A DNA stretch of 56,007 nucleotides from a virus (Duplodnaviria > Caudoviricetes), in the IMG/VR virus record IMGVR_UViG_3300042389_001858, positions 1 through 56,007 of that record. One strand, written 5' to 3'. The position numbers were made by a program, and so were the translations under genes. Of the stretch, positions 46,482 to 55,398 are shown in pieces. How positions within the stretch are numbered: position 1 is the first letter of the stretch; every line of letters begins with the position of its first letter. Under the pieces are notes generated by a model, which was not told the origin of the DNA, made no database searches, and saw nothing but the letters and a program-made list of their open reading frames with translations.

Positions 46482-49400
46482 ATGATTACGAAATACCATG
46501 ACGGGGTCTCTTTGAAGACAATCGAATCCGCTGGCGTCCGCACCGTCGAGGGCGGCGGAACCGGCGCGAACTCGGCGGGGCAGGCCAGGGCCATCCTTGG
46601 GGCCGCCGCAGACGCTGTTTTTGCTGGCGCGACCCAGTCTGCGGCGGGAACCGCAGGACTCGTCCCCGCACCAATAGCAGGCGACCAAGACAAATACCTA
46701 AAAGCTGACGGGACTTGGGCAACGGTTTCGGGAGGAGGCGGCGGTGCTGTCACCTCCGTCAACGGAGAAACAGGCGCAGTTACGCTCGACGCGGCAGATG
46801 TCGGCGCTGAACCCGCCATCACGACTCTCCCGATTTCCAAGGGCGGCACTGGCGCGACTACGATTGAGGCAGCGAGAGCGAATCTTGGTATAACAGGTAT
46901 AGGACTTTTGCCTTACCAGTTTTCCGCAATGGATCACTTCAACGGATCATCCTCACCTTTGCAATTAACTGCTGCCGCAATGGGAGGGGGTGCGGCAAAT
47001 TACATAAATCCAGCAGGATATGGTGGTTTTGGAATTTTTAGAATTGAGACTGCAAATAACACCAACGTAAACACAGGTGCTCGAATTAACCAAACGGGCA
47101 ACACAATCTCATTCAATCCTAAAGGAACTGGTGAATTGAGATTTGTGTCGCGGGTCATGCTGGCCTCCGCCGCAATGTTTAATTCAACAATTCAAGGTTT
47201 TTTCCGAACTGGCATTGGGGATGTTTTTAACGGACAACCGAACAACGGAATTTATTTTCAAACGATTAGTAGCAATTCGGTGAGTTTTGTAACACGGAAC
47301 GCAGGCGTAGAAACACTTACAAATACAGGAATCTCCATTGAGCAAAATCAATGGAGCCTCTTTGAATTCATATTAGCATCTGATGGGTTAAGCGTCACGG
47401 CAAAAATAAATAATAATACTGTCGCTACTCACACAACAGACATCACAAACGCCTATACAGGAGTTTTTACCAACCTATTAAAGCAGAGTTCCGTTGCTGG
47501 TTATGTTCAATTCGATGTTGATCTCATTTCTTTGAGTTTCACTCCTAACGGATACGCCGACGGGACTTGGGGGGCAGTTTCGGGAGTCACTTCCGTAAAC
47601 GGGCAAGCAGGCGAGGTTGTCCTCACCCCCGAGTCCATCGGGGCCGCTTCAATTGATGAAGATGGCAATCTCCCCATGTGGGGAGGAGTCATTAAAAATC
47701 TCGGCGAGCCCATAGACGACGACGATGCTGTTCGTAAAATTGATTTGAATCCGTTTCTTGCTGTAGGGGAAAAGGGTGCTCCCAATGGTATTGCAACATT
47801 GGATTCGGGTGGCATGCTCTCGCCGGATCAGATGCCAAGAGGGCTTGATGGGAGGGCTCCTCTTTCGCCTGAGATATCCGTTTCGAGTCCAGATCCGAAA
47901 GCCGATGGAAGATATTATTTTTCAGGCTACGAAAATGATCGTCCTTCATATTTCCACTCACAAAATGCTGGCGTAGGATTAAATTTTTCAAGTGTCGAGA
48001 ACCGTTGGGAAATCTTTGAGTCCTCATCGAGCGAAGAGGGGACCGAAATCATTTCTTTGTATTGGAATTATGGAGATGCGCAGGATCCCTCGTCTTTAAT
48101 TGATGGATGGCTGAGTGCCAATGGGCAGGCCGCTTTGATTTTTATATCGCGAGCCTACGGCATTCAAGGCGATTCCTTCCAAATTCGAGCAGCGGATGGC
48201 GCTGAAGGCGTCGAGGTTTCGTCTTCCGGATTGGTAAAAAGGAACTTCGCTTCAGCCGTTGCTTACGGCGCGCTTGATTTTGATTCTCGCCGGTTGAGTT
48301 CTTTCAGTGAGGGCGGTTTCGAGATTTCTGGCGCGGGGACTTCTGGAGTTAACGGCGTTTATTCATTGGGCGAATTTGTAAACAACACCTCGGCTTGGTA
48401 TTACCAAGGCGAGGGTGGCTATGTTTATCGGATTGCGAAGCTGTTGCCTGGCGGATGGAGCTTGCAGAGAATCCTCCAAGGCGACGGGGCTTCTTGGGAA
48501 AATGTTTATTTTGCTTACTCGGATAATTTGATCTCTCCTCCCGAAAGCAACTGGCAAGGCGGCGGAACCTTGATTGGCCAGGCGCCAAATCCAGTATTGT
48601 CGCCTCTTAATGGGGGAGAGGTTCCGGTTTTGGATTGGTCTCAAGACAGCCAATTGGATGTCGTGGGCCGCGTCATAAAAAATCTCGGCGCGCCCGTTGA
48701 TGCCAACGACGCTCTTCGGAAAGCCGATCTCGCAGATTTCACAGGCGCGACATCATCTGCGGCTGGGGTCGCGGGACTCGTCCCCACGCCCATAGTAGGC
48801 GACCAAAACAAATACCTTAAAGGCGACGGGACTTGGGCAACAGTCGCGGCGGGAACGCAAGTGCAGACAGACTGGAATGCGACCACAGGGCTGGCCTCGA
48901 TTGCCAACAAGCCGACAATTCCTGCCGCGCAAGTGCAGACAGACTGGAATGCGACCACAGGGCTGGCCTCGATTGCCAACAAGCCGACAATTCCTGCCGC
49001 ACAAGTGCAGACAGACTGGGATGCGACGACAGGGCTGGCCTCAATTGCCAACAAGCCGACAATTCCCGCCGCTCAGATTCAAAGCGACTGGAGTCAAGCG
49101 AACAATAACTCGCTCGACTTCATCAGGAACAAGCCAACACTCCCGAGCAAATGGACTATTCCAATTACCCCGAATATGCCGTATTTCTTGAATGCTACGG
49201 GCACGGGGTATGCTGATGTTGCCTCTGTTTCCATTCCAACCAGCCTACTTACGGACAGCGGATTTAGCATTCCGATAAGGTTGAGTCTGTCCGTCTCGCA
49301 AGAATACGGAGGGCCGACAAACTACAAGTTCTACATCGCTGCAAACAACGGAAATAACACGAGCGATTATCCAGCAGACAGTAGCAGCCTCACATCTACA

Positions 49401-49580
49401 CACACTCCTTTGCCCGGAATCGTCGGCCCCGGAGTCAGCGGGAATAATGCTGGGTTGGTCACTACTTCGGACATTTTTTTCACTACAACTGGATCGCACA
49501 TAAGCATTGGCGTGAAAGCTCAAAGGGGGACCGGGCAGACCAAAATACTCTCGATGCTGCTCCACATAGCGAAAGGATAA
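46482..49580 (+). CDS. Long mosaic tail fibre protein
   Basis: Repeated GLVPAP..GDQ.KYLK.DGTW, VTSVNG, IKNLG.P and QTDWN..NKPTIP modules. Confidence 0.85.
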   Translation: MITKYHDGVSLKTIESAGVRTVEGGGTGANSAGQARAILGAAADAVFAGATQSAAGTAGLVPAPIAGDQDKYLKADGTWATVSGGGGGAVTSVNGETGAVTLDAADVGAEPAITTLPISKGGTGATTIEAARANLGITGIGLLPYQFSAMDHFNGSSSPLQLTAAAMGGGAANYINPAGYGGFGIFRIETANNTNVNTGARINQTGNTISFNPKGTGELRFVSRVMLASAAMFNSTIQGFFRTGIGDVFNGQPNNGIYFQTISSNSVSFVTRNAGVETLTNTGISIEQNQWSLFEFILASDGLSVTAKINNNTVATHTTDITNAYTGVFTNLLKQSSVAGYVQFDVDLISLSFTPNGYADGTWGAVSGVTSVNGQAGEVVLTPESIGAASIDEDGNLPMWGGVIKNLGEPIDDDDAVRKIDLNPFLAVGEKGAPNGIATLDSGGMLSPDQMPRGLDGRAPLSPEISVSSPDPKADGRYYFSGYENDRPSYFHSQNAGVGLNFSSVENRWEIFESSSSEEGTEIISLYWNYGDAQDPSSLIDGWLSANGQAALIFISRAYGIQGDSFQIRAADGAEGVEVSSSGLVKRNFASAVAYGALDFDSRRLSSFSEGGFEISGAGTSGVNGVYSLGEFVNNTSAWYYQGEGGYVYRIAKLLPGGWSLQRILQGDGASWENVYFAYSDNLISPPESNWQGGGTLIGQAPNPVLSPLNGGEVPVLDWSQDSQLDVVGRVIKNLGAPVDANDALRKADLADFTGATSSAAGVAGLVPTPIVGDQNKYLKGDGTWATVAAGTQVQTDWNATTGLASIANKPTIPAAQVQTDWNATTGLASIANKPTIPAAQVQTDWDATTGLASIANKPTIPAAQIQSDWSQANNNSLDFIRNKPTLPSKWTIPITPNMPYFLNATGTGYADVASVSIPTSLLTDSGFSIPIRLSLSVSQEYGGPTNYKFYIAANNGNNTSDYPADSSSLTSTHTPLPGIVGPGVSGNNAGLVTTSDIFFTTTGSHISIGVKAQRGTGQTKILSMLLHIAKG
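48858..49073 (+). repeat. 3x72-bp in-frame tandem repeat (QVQTDWNATTGLASIANKPTIPAA)
   Basis: Units start at 48858, 48930 and 49002, followed by a degenerate fourth. Confidence 0.9.
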
Positions 49581-49581
49581 C

Positions 49582-49776
49582 ATGGACACAGAATTATCAA
49601 ACGCATTCGGCTGGCTTGCATCTAACTACGAGCGGTGGGAACAAAATGAATCTGCTGCCGCCGTGGCTTTGCGGTCATTTTTTACAAGACCAGACCCGCA
49701 ACCAGACCAGCAAAGCGCGTGGGCGCGGGACAATCGAGAGGAACTGCTGGCTCTTTACGCCGAATCAAATGTATGA
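49582..49776 (+). CDS. Small hypothetical protein
   Basis: Coupled to genes on both sides. Confidence 0.55.
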   Translation: MDTELSNAFGWLASNYERWEQNESAAAVALRSFFTRPDPQPDQQSAWARDNREELLALYAESNV

Positions 49777-50021
49777 GCAGCCACGAGGCTCTAAGATATT
49801 GGGATGTAGGGCTAAAAGTCGTAACGACTTTTGCCCTCCTGGCTGTTGCATTGCTTGGAACAAAATTTGTCACGAAAGATGAGTTTATTGCTGCTAATCA
49901 GCGCATTGAAAAAATCGAGGCCGTTTTAATCAGGATGGAACAAAACGCCGAAGTCGATAAGCGTCATGACTTTATTCTCTCAGACCACGAACAGCGAATC
50001 CGCACGCTGGAGCGGCGTTGA
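49773..50021 (+). CDS. Single-TM coiled-coil protein (lysis cassette)
   Basis: One hydrophobic segment followed by a DHEQRIRTLE coiled coil. Confidence 0.6.
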   Translation: MSSHEALRYWDVGLKVVTTFALLAVALLGTKFVTKDEFIAANQRIEKIEAVLIRMEQNAEVDKRHDFILSDHEQRIRTLERR

Positions 50022-50038
50022 CATTTGGCGCTTTTTTG

Positions 50039-50332
50039 ATGAAACGATTTTTTGTCGCTGCCCTGGCGCGGCTTTTGGGGTTCAGTCGCGAGTTCGCAAA
50101 ATTTGTTCTGCCTATACTCCAGGACTCCGCGGGCAGGCTTCTGGCCCAGCTTGCGCCTATCGCCTTGGAGGTCGTGAAGAGCTTGGCGGACAGTCCGCAT
50201 AGCGGCGCCCAAAAGAGAGAGGCGGCGATAAGGCAAATCCAATCGCTGGCAAGCGCCGAGGGGATTCGCGCCGGAGGTTCTGTTGTGAACCTGGCCGTCG
50301 AAATTGCCGTGCAAAACCTCAAAGGCAAATGA
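50039..50332 (+). CDS. Putative holin-like protein
   Basis: GTTGAC-16-ATG; SGAQKREAA..NLAVEIAV pattern. Confidence 0.55.
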   Translation: MKRFFVAALARLLGFSREFAKFVLPILQDSAGRLLAQLAPIALEVVKSLADSPHSGAQKREAAIRQIQSLASAEGIRAGGSVVNLAVEIAVQNLKGK

Positions 50333-50817
50333 ATGAAGAGTCCAAGCCGTGGTGGAGGTCGCGCACCATCATCGGGGTCTTGGTGTTGGTTCTCGCTCAA
50401 GTTTTGAGGCTGGCCAAAGTAGATATTGTCAATGAGGAACTGACTCAGATCGTTACGCTTGTCATGGATACCTTCGGGGCTGCGTTGGCGATATATGGTA
50501 GGGTTAAGGCCCGCAAGGCCATCAAGCGAACCAAGCCGGGCGGCCCCTATAACCCGAAGGCTGAGGTCCGCCGAGCGAAGCGCGCTTCCGCGTCTCTTCC
50601 GGTCGTGGTTGCCGTCGCGGGAGCATACCTGGCCGGCGGTGTTGCATTCCTGTCCTGGGATTGGGATGTGCCTGTTCAGGACAGGTGGGTGCGGCAAACG
50701 CCAGAAGTTATTTATTATGTCCCGCAGCGCGATGAGCGGCCATTCTGGGCAAGGTTGCTTCTGTCTCTGCGCTATAATCCAATCAAGGGCGAGGTCACTG
50801 GAGGAGCTGAGTTTTAA
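50329..50817 (+). CDS. Putative holin / membrane lysis protein
   Basis: SKPWWRSRTIIG followed by TM segments and AIYGRVKA. Confidence 0.65.
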   Translation: MNEESKPWWRSRTIIGVLVLVLAQVLRLAKVDIVNEELTQIVTLVMDTFGAALAIYGRVKARKAIKRTKPGGPYNPKAEVRRAKRASASLPVVVAVAGAYLAGGVAFLSWDWDVPVQDRWVRQTPEVIYYVPQRDERPFWARLLLSLRYNPIKGEVTGGAEF

Positions 50818-50916
50818 TGGATCCGAATGCGGCATTCACCGCCATGATCATTCTGGCGTCCGCCTGTCTGTGGTTGGCATTTTTTCTCTCCAGGGGTTGA
50901 CCTGGAAAGGCGGAGC

Positions 50917-51501
50917 ATGGGGGAACTTCGAAAAAGCACCGAGGAGCAGCGGCTCGCCATGGCCGGATTTATTGTGGATGTCGAGGCGCGGCGGGACAAG
51001 CTTGGCCGCCTCGCGGTTTACGATCTTCCCGCCGGGGACGGCGGAGGTTCTTTCGAGGTGGCGGGGATAAATGATCGCTACCATCCGGTGGCGGCGACCA
51101 AGCTGGCGCAATTAATTCGTGCGGGGAGGCAGGCGCGGGCGGAGCGATTCGTGCGCGAATACCTCCGGGAATACACCGATGTGGTCAAGGCCTGGTGCGA
51201 GTTTCCGGCTATCGAGGCATTCCTGCGCGACTGCGCCTTCAATAGGGGGCCGAAGGGCGCGCTGCGCATCCTTCAGATTGCCCTCAAGGTGGCCGATGAT
51301 GGCAAGTGGGGGCCAAAGACCCGGGCGGCGCTCGCCAAGGCACTCAAGGCGCCCGCCACCCTGTTGCGCGACCTGCGCGTGGCTCGCGAGAGCTACGAAA
51401 TCCGAGTGGCTCCTCCCGTGGGAGCCAGGGCGAAATTCTGGAAAGGGCTTGTGAACCGCTGGGACAGGGCGCTGGCGTTTTCCGAAACGCTCCTGGCGTG
51501 A
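50917..51501 (+). CDS. Endolysin (GH108-like lysozyme with peptidoglycan-binding segment)
   Basis: DGGG.FEVAGIN, DCAFNRG, LQIAL.VADDGKWGPKT and FWKGLVNR. Confidence 0.85.
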   Translation: MGELRKSTEEQRLAMAGFIVDVEARRDKLGRLAVYDLPAGDGGGSFEVAGINDRYHPVAATKLAQLIRAGRQARAERFVREYLREYTDVVKAWCEFPAIEAFLRDCAFNRGPKGALRILQIALKVADDGKWGPKTRAALAKALKAPATLLRDLRVARESYEIRVAPPVGARAKFWKGLVNRWDRALAFSETLLA

Positions 51502-51734
51502 TGAATTTCAATGATGCCTCCGTGTGCCACTGTTGTGGCAAGGCGCTAACGCCCCGCGACGGTGATCCAGTCCTGCGGGAGCGGAGTCTCTATTACGCGG
51601 CCCTTCGGGCCGCCATGGAATACGCGACCCTACCCGCGCGCAACGCCTCGCACGAGGAGGGCTTCTTCGCCTACATCGAGGGGTTGCGGGAGTTTGTCAA
51701 GAGGCCCGAGGCCTGTCCGGAGAGCAAGTCCTGA
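51501..51734 (+). CDS. Small hypothetical protein (CxCC motif)
   Basis: TGATG coupling to the endolysin gene. Confidence 0.5.
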   Translation: MNFNDASVCHCCGKALTPRDGDPVLRERSLYYAALRAAMEYATLPARNASHEEGFFAYIEGLREFVKRPEACPESKS

Positions 51735-51929
51735 TCAACTCCTGGAGTCCTCGCGTTGAGTCAAGGCCTTTTTTTCCGCCTCCCACTTCTCCAGATCCGT
51801 CACGATGAGGTGTGTGACATATTTTGAAAATGACCGGTGCTGAGCTGCCGCGCGCAGCTTGGCCAACCGAAGTGAGCGGTCGTCCAATCGGAATCCCGTG
51901 AAGCGCGTTTTTTCGCGGTGTGTTTTCAT
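51735..51929 (-). CDS. Ribbon-helix-helix regulator (candidate repressor)
   Basis: TRFTGFRLD strand; HRSFSKYVTHLI helix. Confidence 0.7.
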   Translation of the reverse strand: MKTHREKTRFTGFRLDDRSLRLAKLRAAAQHRSFSKYVTHLIVTDLEKWEAEKKALTQREDSRS

Positions 51930-52113
51930 AATGCAAACATACCGCGGGCGAAAAAATACTCAAAAATTTTTTTCTTAAAAATGTCTTGACTTGCCTCTAC
52001 ATCCAGAGCCAGAGCGGCTGGAGCAGGAGGTAGTCGGCGCCCAAAAATGTTAAACAAATGCAAACAGCATATTTTTTGTTTGCGCTTTTGCATCGCTTCG
52101 CAAACATATTGCC
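51930..52113. promoter_or_regulatory. Divergent AT-rich control region with GCAAACA operator-like repeats
   Basis: GCAAACA at 51933, 52060 and 52100; inverted TGTTTGC at 52077. Confidence 0.6.
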
Positions 52114-52281
52114 ATGCCCGCCGCAATGAGCAATTCACCCACCCCCTTTGTAGGAGTCAGAATCCCGGCGCCGCTTAGAAAAGCCGTGCGCCGCCGCGTC
52201 AAGGGCGGGGGGTATCGCACGATTTCGGAATACATTCGGGACTTGATTCGCCGCGACATCGCAAGGAGGGCCAAGCAATGA
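52114..52281 (+). CDS. Ribbon-helix-helix regulator (not in the ORF track)
   Basis: MPAAMSNSPTPFVGVRIPAPLRKAVRRRVKGGGYRTISEYIRDLIRRDIARRAKQ, a typical RHH pattern. ATGA-coupled to the next gene. Confidence 0.75.
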   Translation: MPAAMSNSPTPFVGVRIPAPLRKAVRRRVKGGGYRTISEYIRDLIRRDIARRAKQ

Positions 52282-52532
52282 GATACTCGGTCCTCATGGC
52301 GGAGCGGCGCGGGGCGGCAACCATCGAGGAAGCCGAAAAAATCGTTGGCGGTTGCGGGATCCTCGGCCTGCTTCGCAAGGCGGGTTGGCTTGCGCCGAAG
52401 GTGCAGGGCAACCGGCTTACCCTTTTTGACTATGACGACTGCCTCGCCGCGTGGAAGCGCCTGTGCGCGGAGGGCATCGAATCCCTGCGGCGGGCGGCGC
52501 AGCAAAGGCCCGCTCGATCTCTCCGTCGTTAG
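52278..52532 (+). CDS. Putative excisionase / winged-helix protein
   Basis: Small and basic with a TIEEAEK..AGWL.P..LTLFD pattern; converges on the integrase. Confidence 0.5.
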   Translation: MRYSVLMAERRGAATIEEAEKIVGGCGILGLLRKAGWLAPKVQGNRLTLFDYDDCLAAWKRLCAEGIESLRRAAQQRPARSLRR

Positions 52533-53559
52533 GCAGCAACTTGGCATAATGGCGTTCAACCACCCTCACCCCGTCCCCCATCCAATGCGCGATCTTGTAG
52601 ATAGAGACACCGGCACTCGCCAACAGCGAGGCAAAGGTATGCCGCATGGTGTGGGGGGTGATCCAAGCGCATCCCTGCGCGGCCATGTAGTTGCTGAACG
52701 AGGTGCCGAAGTCATATCTGTAAATGTTTTTCCTGCGGGCGGGGATGTGGGGCGCGAGCATATAGTCCGCAGGCGGCGGCATTCCGAATCCGTTCTGGTC
52801 GTCACGCAAGAAGTCCCGGAAGGCGGCGGTCAGGGGGATGGACCTCTCCTGTCGGTCCTTGAATTGGATGCCTTCGTGTTTGCGCAGGTGGAGGTGCCCC
52901 GCCGCGAGGTCGAACCATCCCGCGCGGCTTTCCACAATTTCATTGAAGCGCAGTCCCGCGTGGAAGCCGCAGTAGAGAATGTATTTCATCTCGCGGCTCG
53001 GCGCGTTGGCGATCAGGTGGTCGCGCTGGGCAGGGGCCGCGAAAAACTTCCGCGCCGCCGGAGCGGGGGCGCGAATCCTTCCGGGGGCGCGCTTGGCGGT
53101 GAGCGGCAGGACGGGATTCGAGGGGCACAGCCGCTCCACGGATTTCGCCCATCCGAAAAACCCTTGGATTGTCATCAAGTTTCCATAGGCGGTGCTTTCG
53201 CTCACCTCCTGCAGGCGCTTCGCGTGCCAGGCGCGAAGGTGTTCGGTGCGAACCTCGCGCGGGCGAACGCGCCCCATCTCCCTTGCCCAGCGGGTGAGGA
53301 AGTATCCCTTGGAACGCTCGGTGCTGAGCGTCCAGTCGCCCGTTTCCACGCAATACTTCACATAGCGCGCGGCCACATGGGCGATCAGCTCGCCGCTTTC
53401 GAAAGAGGGGCTGTCGCGCAACTCGGCGGCCCGCTCCATCGCCACGGAGAGGTTCTCCGTTTCGAGCGACACGCAGTTCCTCTTGCCGGAAATCATTTGG
53501 CTGAACCAATACAAATTCCCGTTGCGGTAGATTCCCTTCATTTCGGGGGGGCGGGCCAT
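52417..53559 (-). CDS. int: Tyrosine integrase
   Basis: AGLRFNE, HTMRHTFAS, HWMG and RHY catalytic motifs. Confidence 0.95.
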   Translation of the reverse strand: MARPPEMKGIYRNGNLYWFSQMISGKRNCVSLETENLSVAMERAAELRDSPSFESGELIAHVAARYVKYCVETGDWTLSTERSKGYFLTRWAREMGRVRPREVRTEHLRAWHAKRLQEVSESTAYGNLMTIQGFFGWAKSVERLCPSNPVLPLTAKRAPGRIRAPAPAARKFFAAPAQRDHLIANAPSREMKYILYCGFHAGLRFNEIVESRAGWFDLAAGHLHLRKHEGIQFKDRQERSIPLTAAFRDFLRDDQNGFGMPPPADYMLAPHIPARRKNIYRYDFGTSFSNYMAAQGCAWITPHTMRHTFASLLASAGVSIYKIAHWMGDGVRVVERHYAKLLPNDGEIERAFAAPPAAGIRCPPRTGASTRRGSRHSQKG

Positions 53560-53566
53560 GGGTCAT

Positions 53567-53838
53567 TTTATAGCAAAATTTTTATAGCAAATCCAATTTT
53601 TACTTGGGGCGACATGAACCGACATGGACAAGACCCGGAGTGCGAAACCGGACATTTTTCGCACGCGCGCCGCACCTATCGCGGCGAACCAATGCCCCGC
53701 AGAGCCACTATTCATGCGGTTCCGCGGGCGACACGCCCGCTCCGAAAAGGAGCGGAGCCTACGGGGCTCGAACCCGCAACCTCTGCCGTGACAGTTCATG
53801 GCTTGTGTAGGCTTTATAGCAAAAAAAATATAGCAAAA
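53567..53838. promoter_or_regulatory. attP arm-type repeats (4x TATAGCAAA)
   Basis: Direct-repeat pairs at 53567-53591 and 53813-53838 flank the tRNA-like core. Confidence 0.75.
53752..53794 (-). other. attP core: 3' half of tRNA-Asp(GTC)
   Basis: The minus strand reads ctGTCacggcagaggttgcgggTTCGAGCcccgtaggctccgc. No D-arm or 5' acceptor strand is upstream. Confidence 0.88.
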
Positions 53839-53852
53839 TCGGAGGTGCGGGC

Positions 53853-54527
53853 GTGAGCACCTACGAAGATCATGTGGCCCGCCAGCGCACGGGATACTTA
53901 GTGGCTTATGAGGAGTGGGAGGCCTCATTGAAGCCCGAGGAGCGCGCCCTTTTGGGGCGGGCTGCCGCCCCTGAATTGGAGGATCACAAGGCGCATTCAA
54001 CCAAGAGGGTGGTGCTGGGGGTTGTAGGCGACGCGGCGGAGCGGAGCGCGGCGAGCTACATCCCGGATTTTTCAGAAATGCTCGACAGCGATCCTGCGCT
54101 GCTTGCTGAGCGCGCGGGCGTGTCGCTGAAGCAGGCGGAGGCGATTTTTGTTTTCATGCAGGAGAGGATCGAGCGGGAAAGCGCGGCGCGGGAGTCGCGG
54201 GCGATTGTCTCGATCGCGGCGGCGTTTTTAAAGGGGGCGAATTCGAAGTTGCTGGCGGCGGGATTGGCCTATGCCTCGGACCTCGCGCTAACCAACGGGC
54301 TGGGGACGATGCAGGATTGGGCGCGGGAGAATGGGGTAAGCCGCGCGGCAGTATCGAAAGTAGCAAAATTTTGGCAGCGCCAACTGGGGCTGCCTGCGGG
54401 GAGTCACATGAGGGACGCAGAAAAATGTCGGGCTTACAGCGAGGCCCAACAAAAGAAACACTGGAGAAAACAAAAGGTCGGAGTCTGCGCTGAGGCTGCG
54501 GCTGGTGAGGAAGAAACAAATCTATGA
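53853..54527 (+). CDS. Hypothetical protein with a C-terminal HTH-like motif
   Basis: GGAGG SD and GTG start; WARENGVSRAAVSK. Confidence 0.7.
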   Translation: MSTYEDHVARQRTGYLVAYEEWEASLKPEERALLGRAAAPELEDHKAHSTKRVVLGVVGDAAERSAASYIPDFSEMLDSDPALLAERAGVSLKQAEAIFVFMQERIERESAARESRAIVSIAAAFLKGANSKLLAAGLAYASDLALTNGLGTMQDWARENGVSRAAVSKVAKFWQRQLGLPAGSHMRDAEKCRAYSEAQQKKHWRKQKVGVCAEAAAGEEETNL

Positions 54528-54709
54528 GAAAAACGCTTGCCTTTTTGGCAATCTTAACAGGGGTTTTCGCCGCCCTGAAATTGGCGAACTGGATTTCGTG
54601 GAGCTGGTGGTGGGTAGCGGCTCCGGTGTGGGGGCCTTTCGCCTTTGCGGCGGGATTCGTCATGTTCGTGCTGCTGATGACTTCAGTAAGGGGCGGAGGT
54701 GCGAAATGA
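54524..54709 (+). CDS. Small membrane protein
   Basis: LKLANWISWSWWWVAAPVW, a common phage small membrane family. Confidence 0.7.
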   Translation: MRKTLAFLAILTGVFAALKLANWISWSWWWVAAPVWGPFAFAAGFVMFVLLMTSVRGGGAK

Positions 54710-55398
54710 GCAAGGCGCAAGACGCAGCTTACGAACTGTGGGAACTAACGCTCTCGATTTCGGCCAACGGCGAAAACGAGGACGCCGCGAAGGCGCGCTG
54801 GACGCCTACAGGGCTGGATTTGCCAGAGACGACTACGCTGGAAAATGTGAAGGAAATCCTTCGGGCCTTCAAAGCGTGGGAGACGACGGGAACTGTGGCG
54901 CTGGCGGACCTCTTGGATTATGTCAAGCGCCAAGGCTGGGAGAAGGAAGTGGAGCAATACCTGGCTCAATTGGAATTCGACCTTTCGCAGGTGCGGCGGG
55001 CGCAAGTGGTGGGCGAGGTGCCGAGGGCGCTGCGGCATCCGGCGCTGAGCGCGGAGCATTACTGGGTCGTTTCCTCGCTGGACAGAGAAGGGCAGACGAA
55101 GTGGCTTGCATCCGCCGTCAAGCACAAGCTTACCGGCTTTGAATTGAAGCGCTCCATCGAGGCAGGGAAGGTGCTTCGCAAGGAGCAGATCGAAATGCTC
55201 TCGGGCCAGAACTCGGGGATTCTCACCTACCAAGGGATCCTCACGGATTGGAAGCGCTGGACGGCGAAGGTGGGCGGGGATGATGGAATTCTCGCATGGC
55301 CACCGCAGGCGCAGGATCGCTGGCTGGAGGATACGAGGCCGATCGTGGAGCTTCGAGAGCGCGTGCTGGAACGGCGCGGAGAGGAGGTGGCGAAATGA
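54706..55398 (+). CDS. Hypothetical protein, weakly LmbU-like
   Basis: GGAGG SD; TGLDLP..LADLLDY..R.PALS.EH..V pattern. Confidence 0.6.
   Translation: MSKAQDAAYELWELTLSISANGENEDAAKARWTPTGLDLPETTTLENVKEILRAFKAWETTGTVALADLLDYVKRQGWEKEVEQYLAQLEFDLSQVRRAQVVGEVPRALRHPALSAEHYWVVSSLDREGQTKWLASAVKHKLTGFELKRSIEAGKVLRKEQIEMLSGQNSGILTYQGILTDWKRWTAKVGGDDGILAWPPQAQDRWLEDTRPIVELRERVLERRGEEVAK

Noticed and set aside
48858-49073. CRISPR-like array
   Set aside because: Contiguous in-frame 72-bp coding repeats without spacers.
53752-53830. Complete tRNA-Asp gene
   Set aside because: Only the anticodon loop to 3' acceptor strand is present, so it is treated as the attP core.
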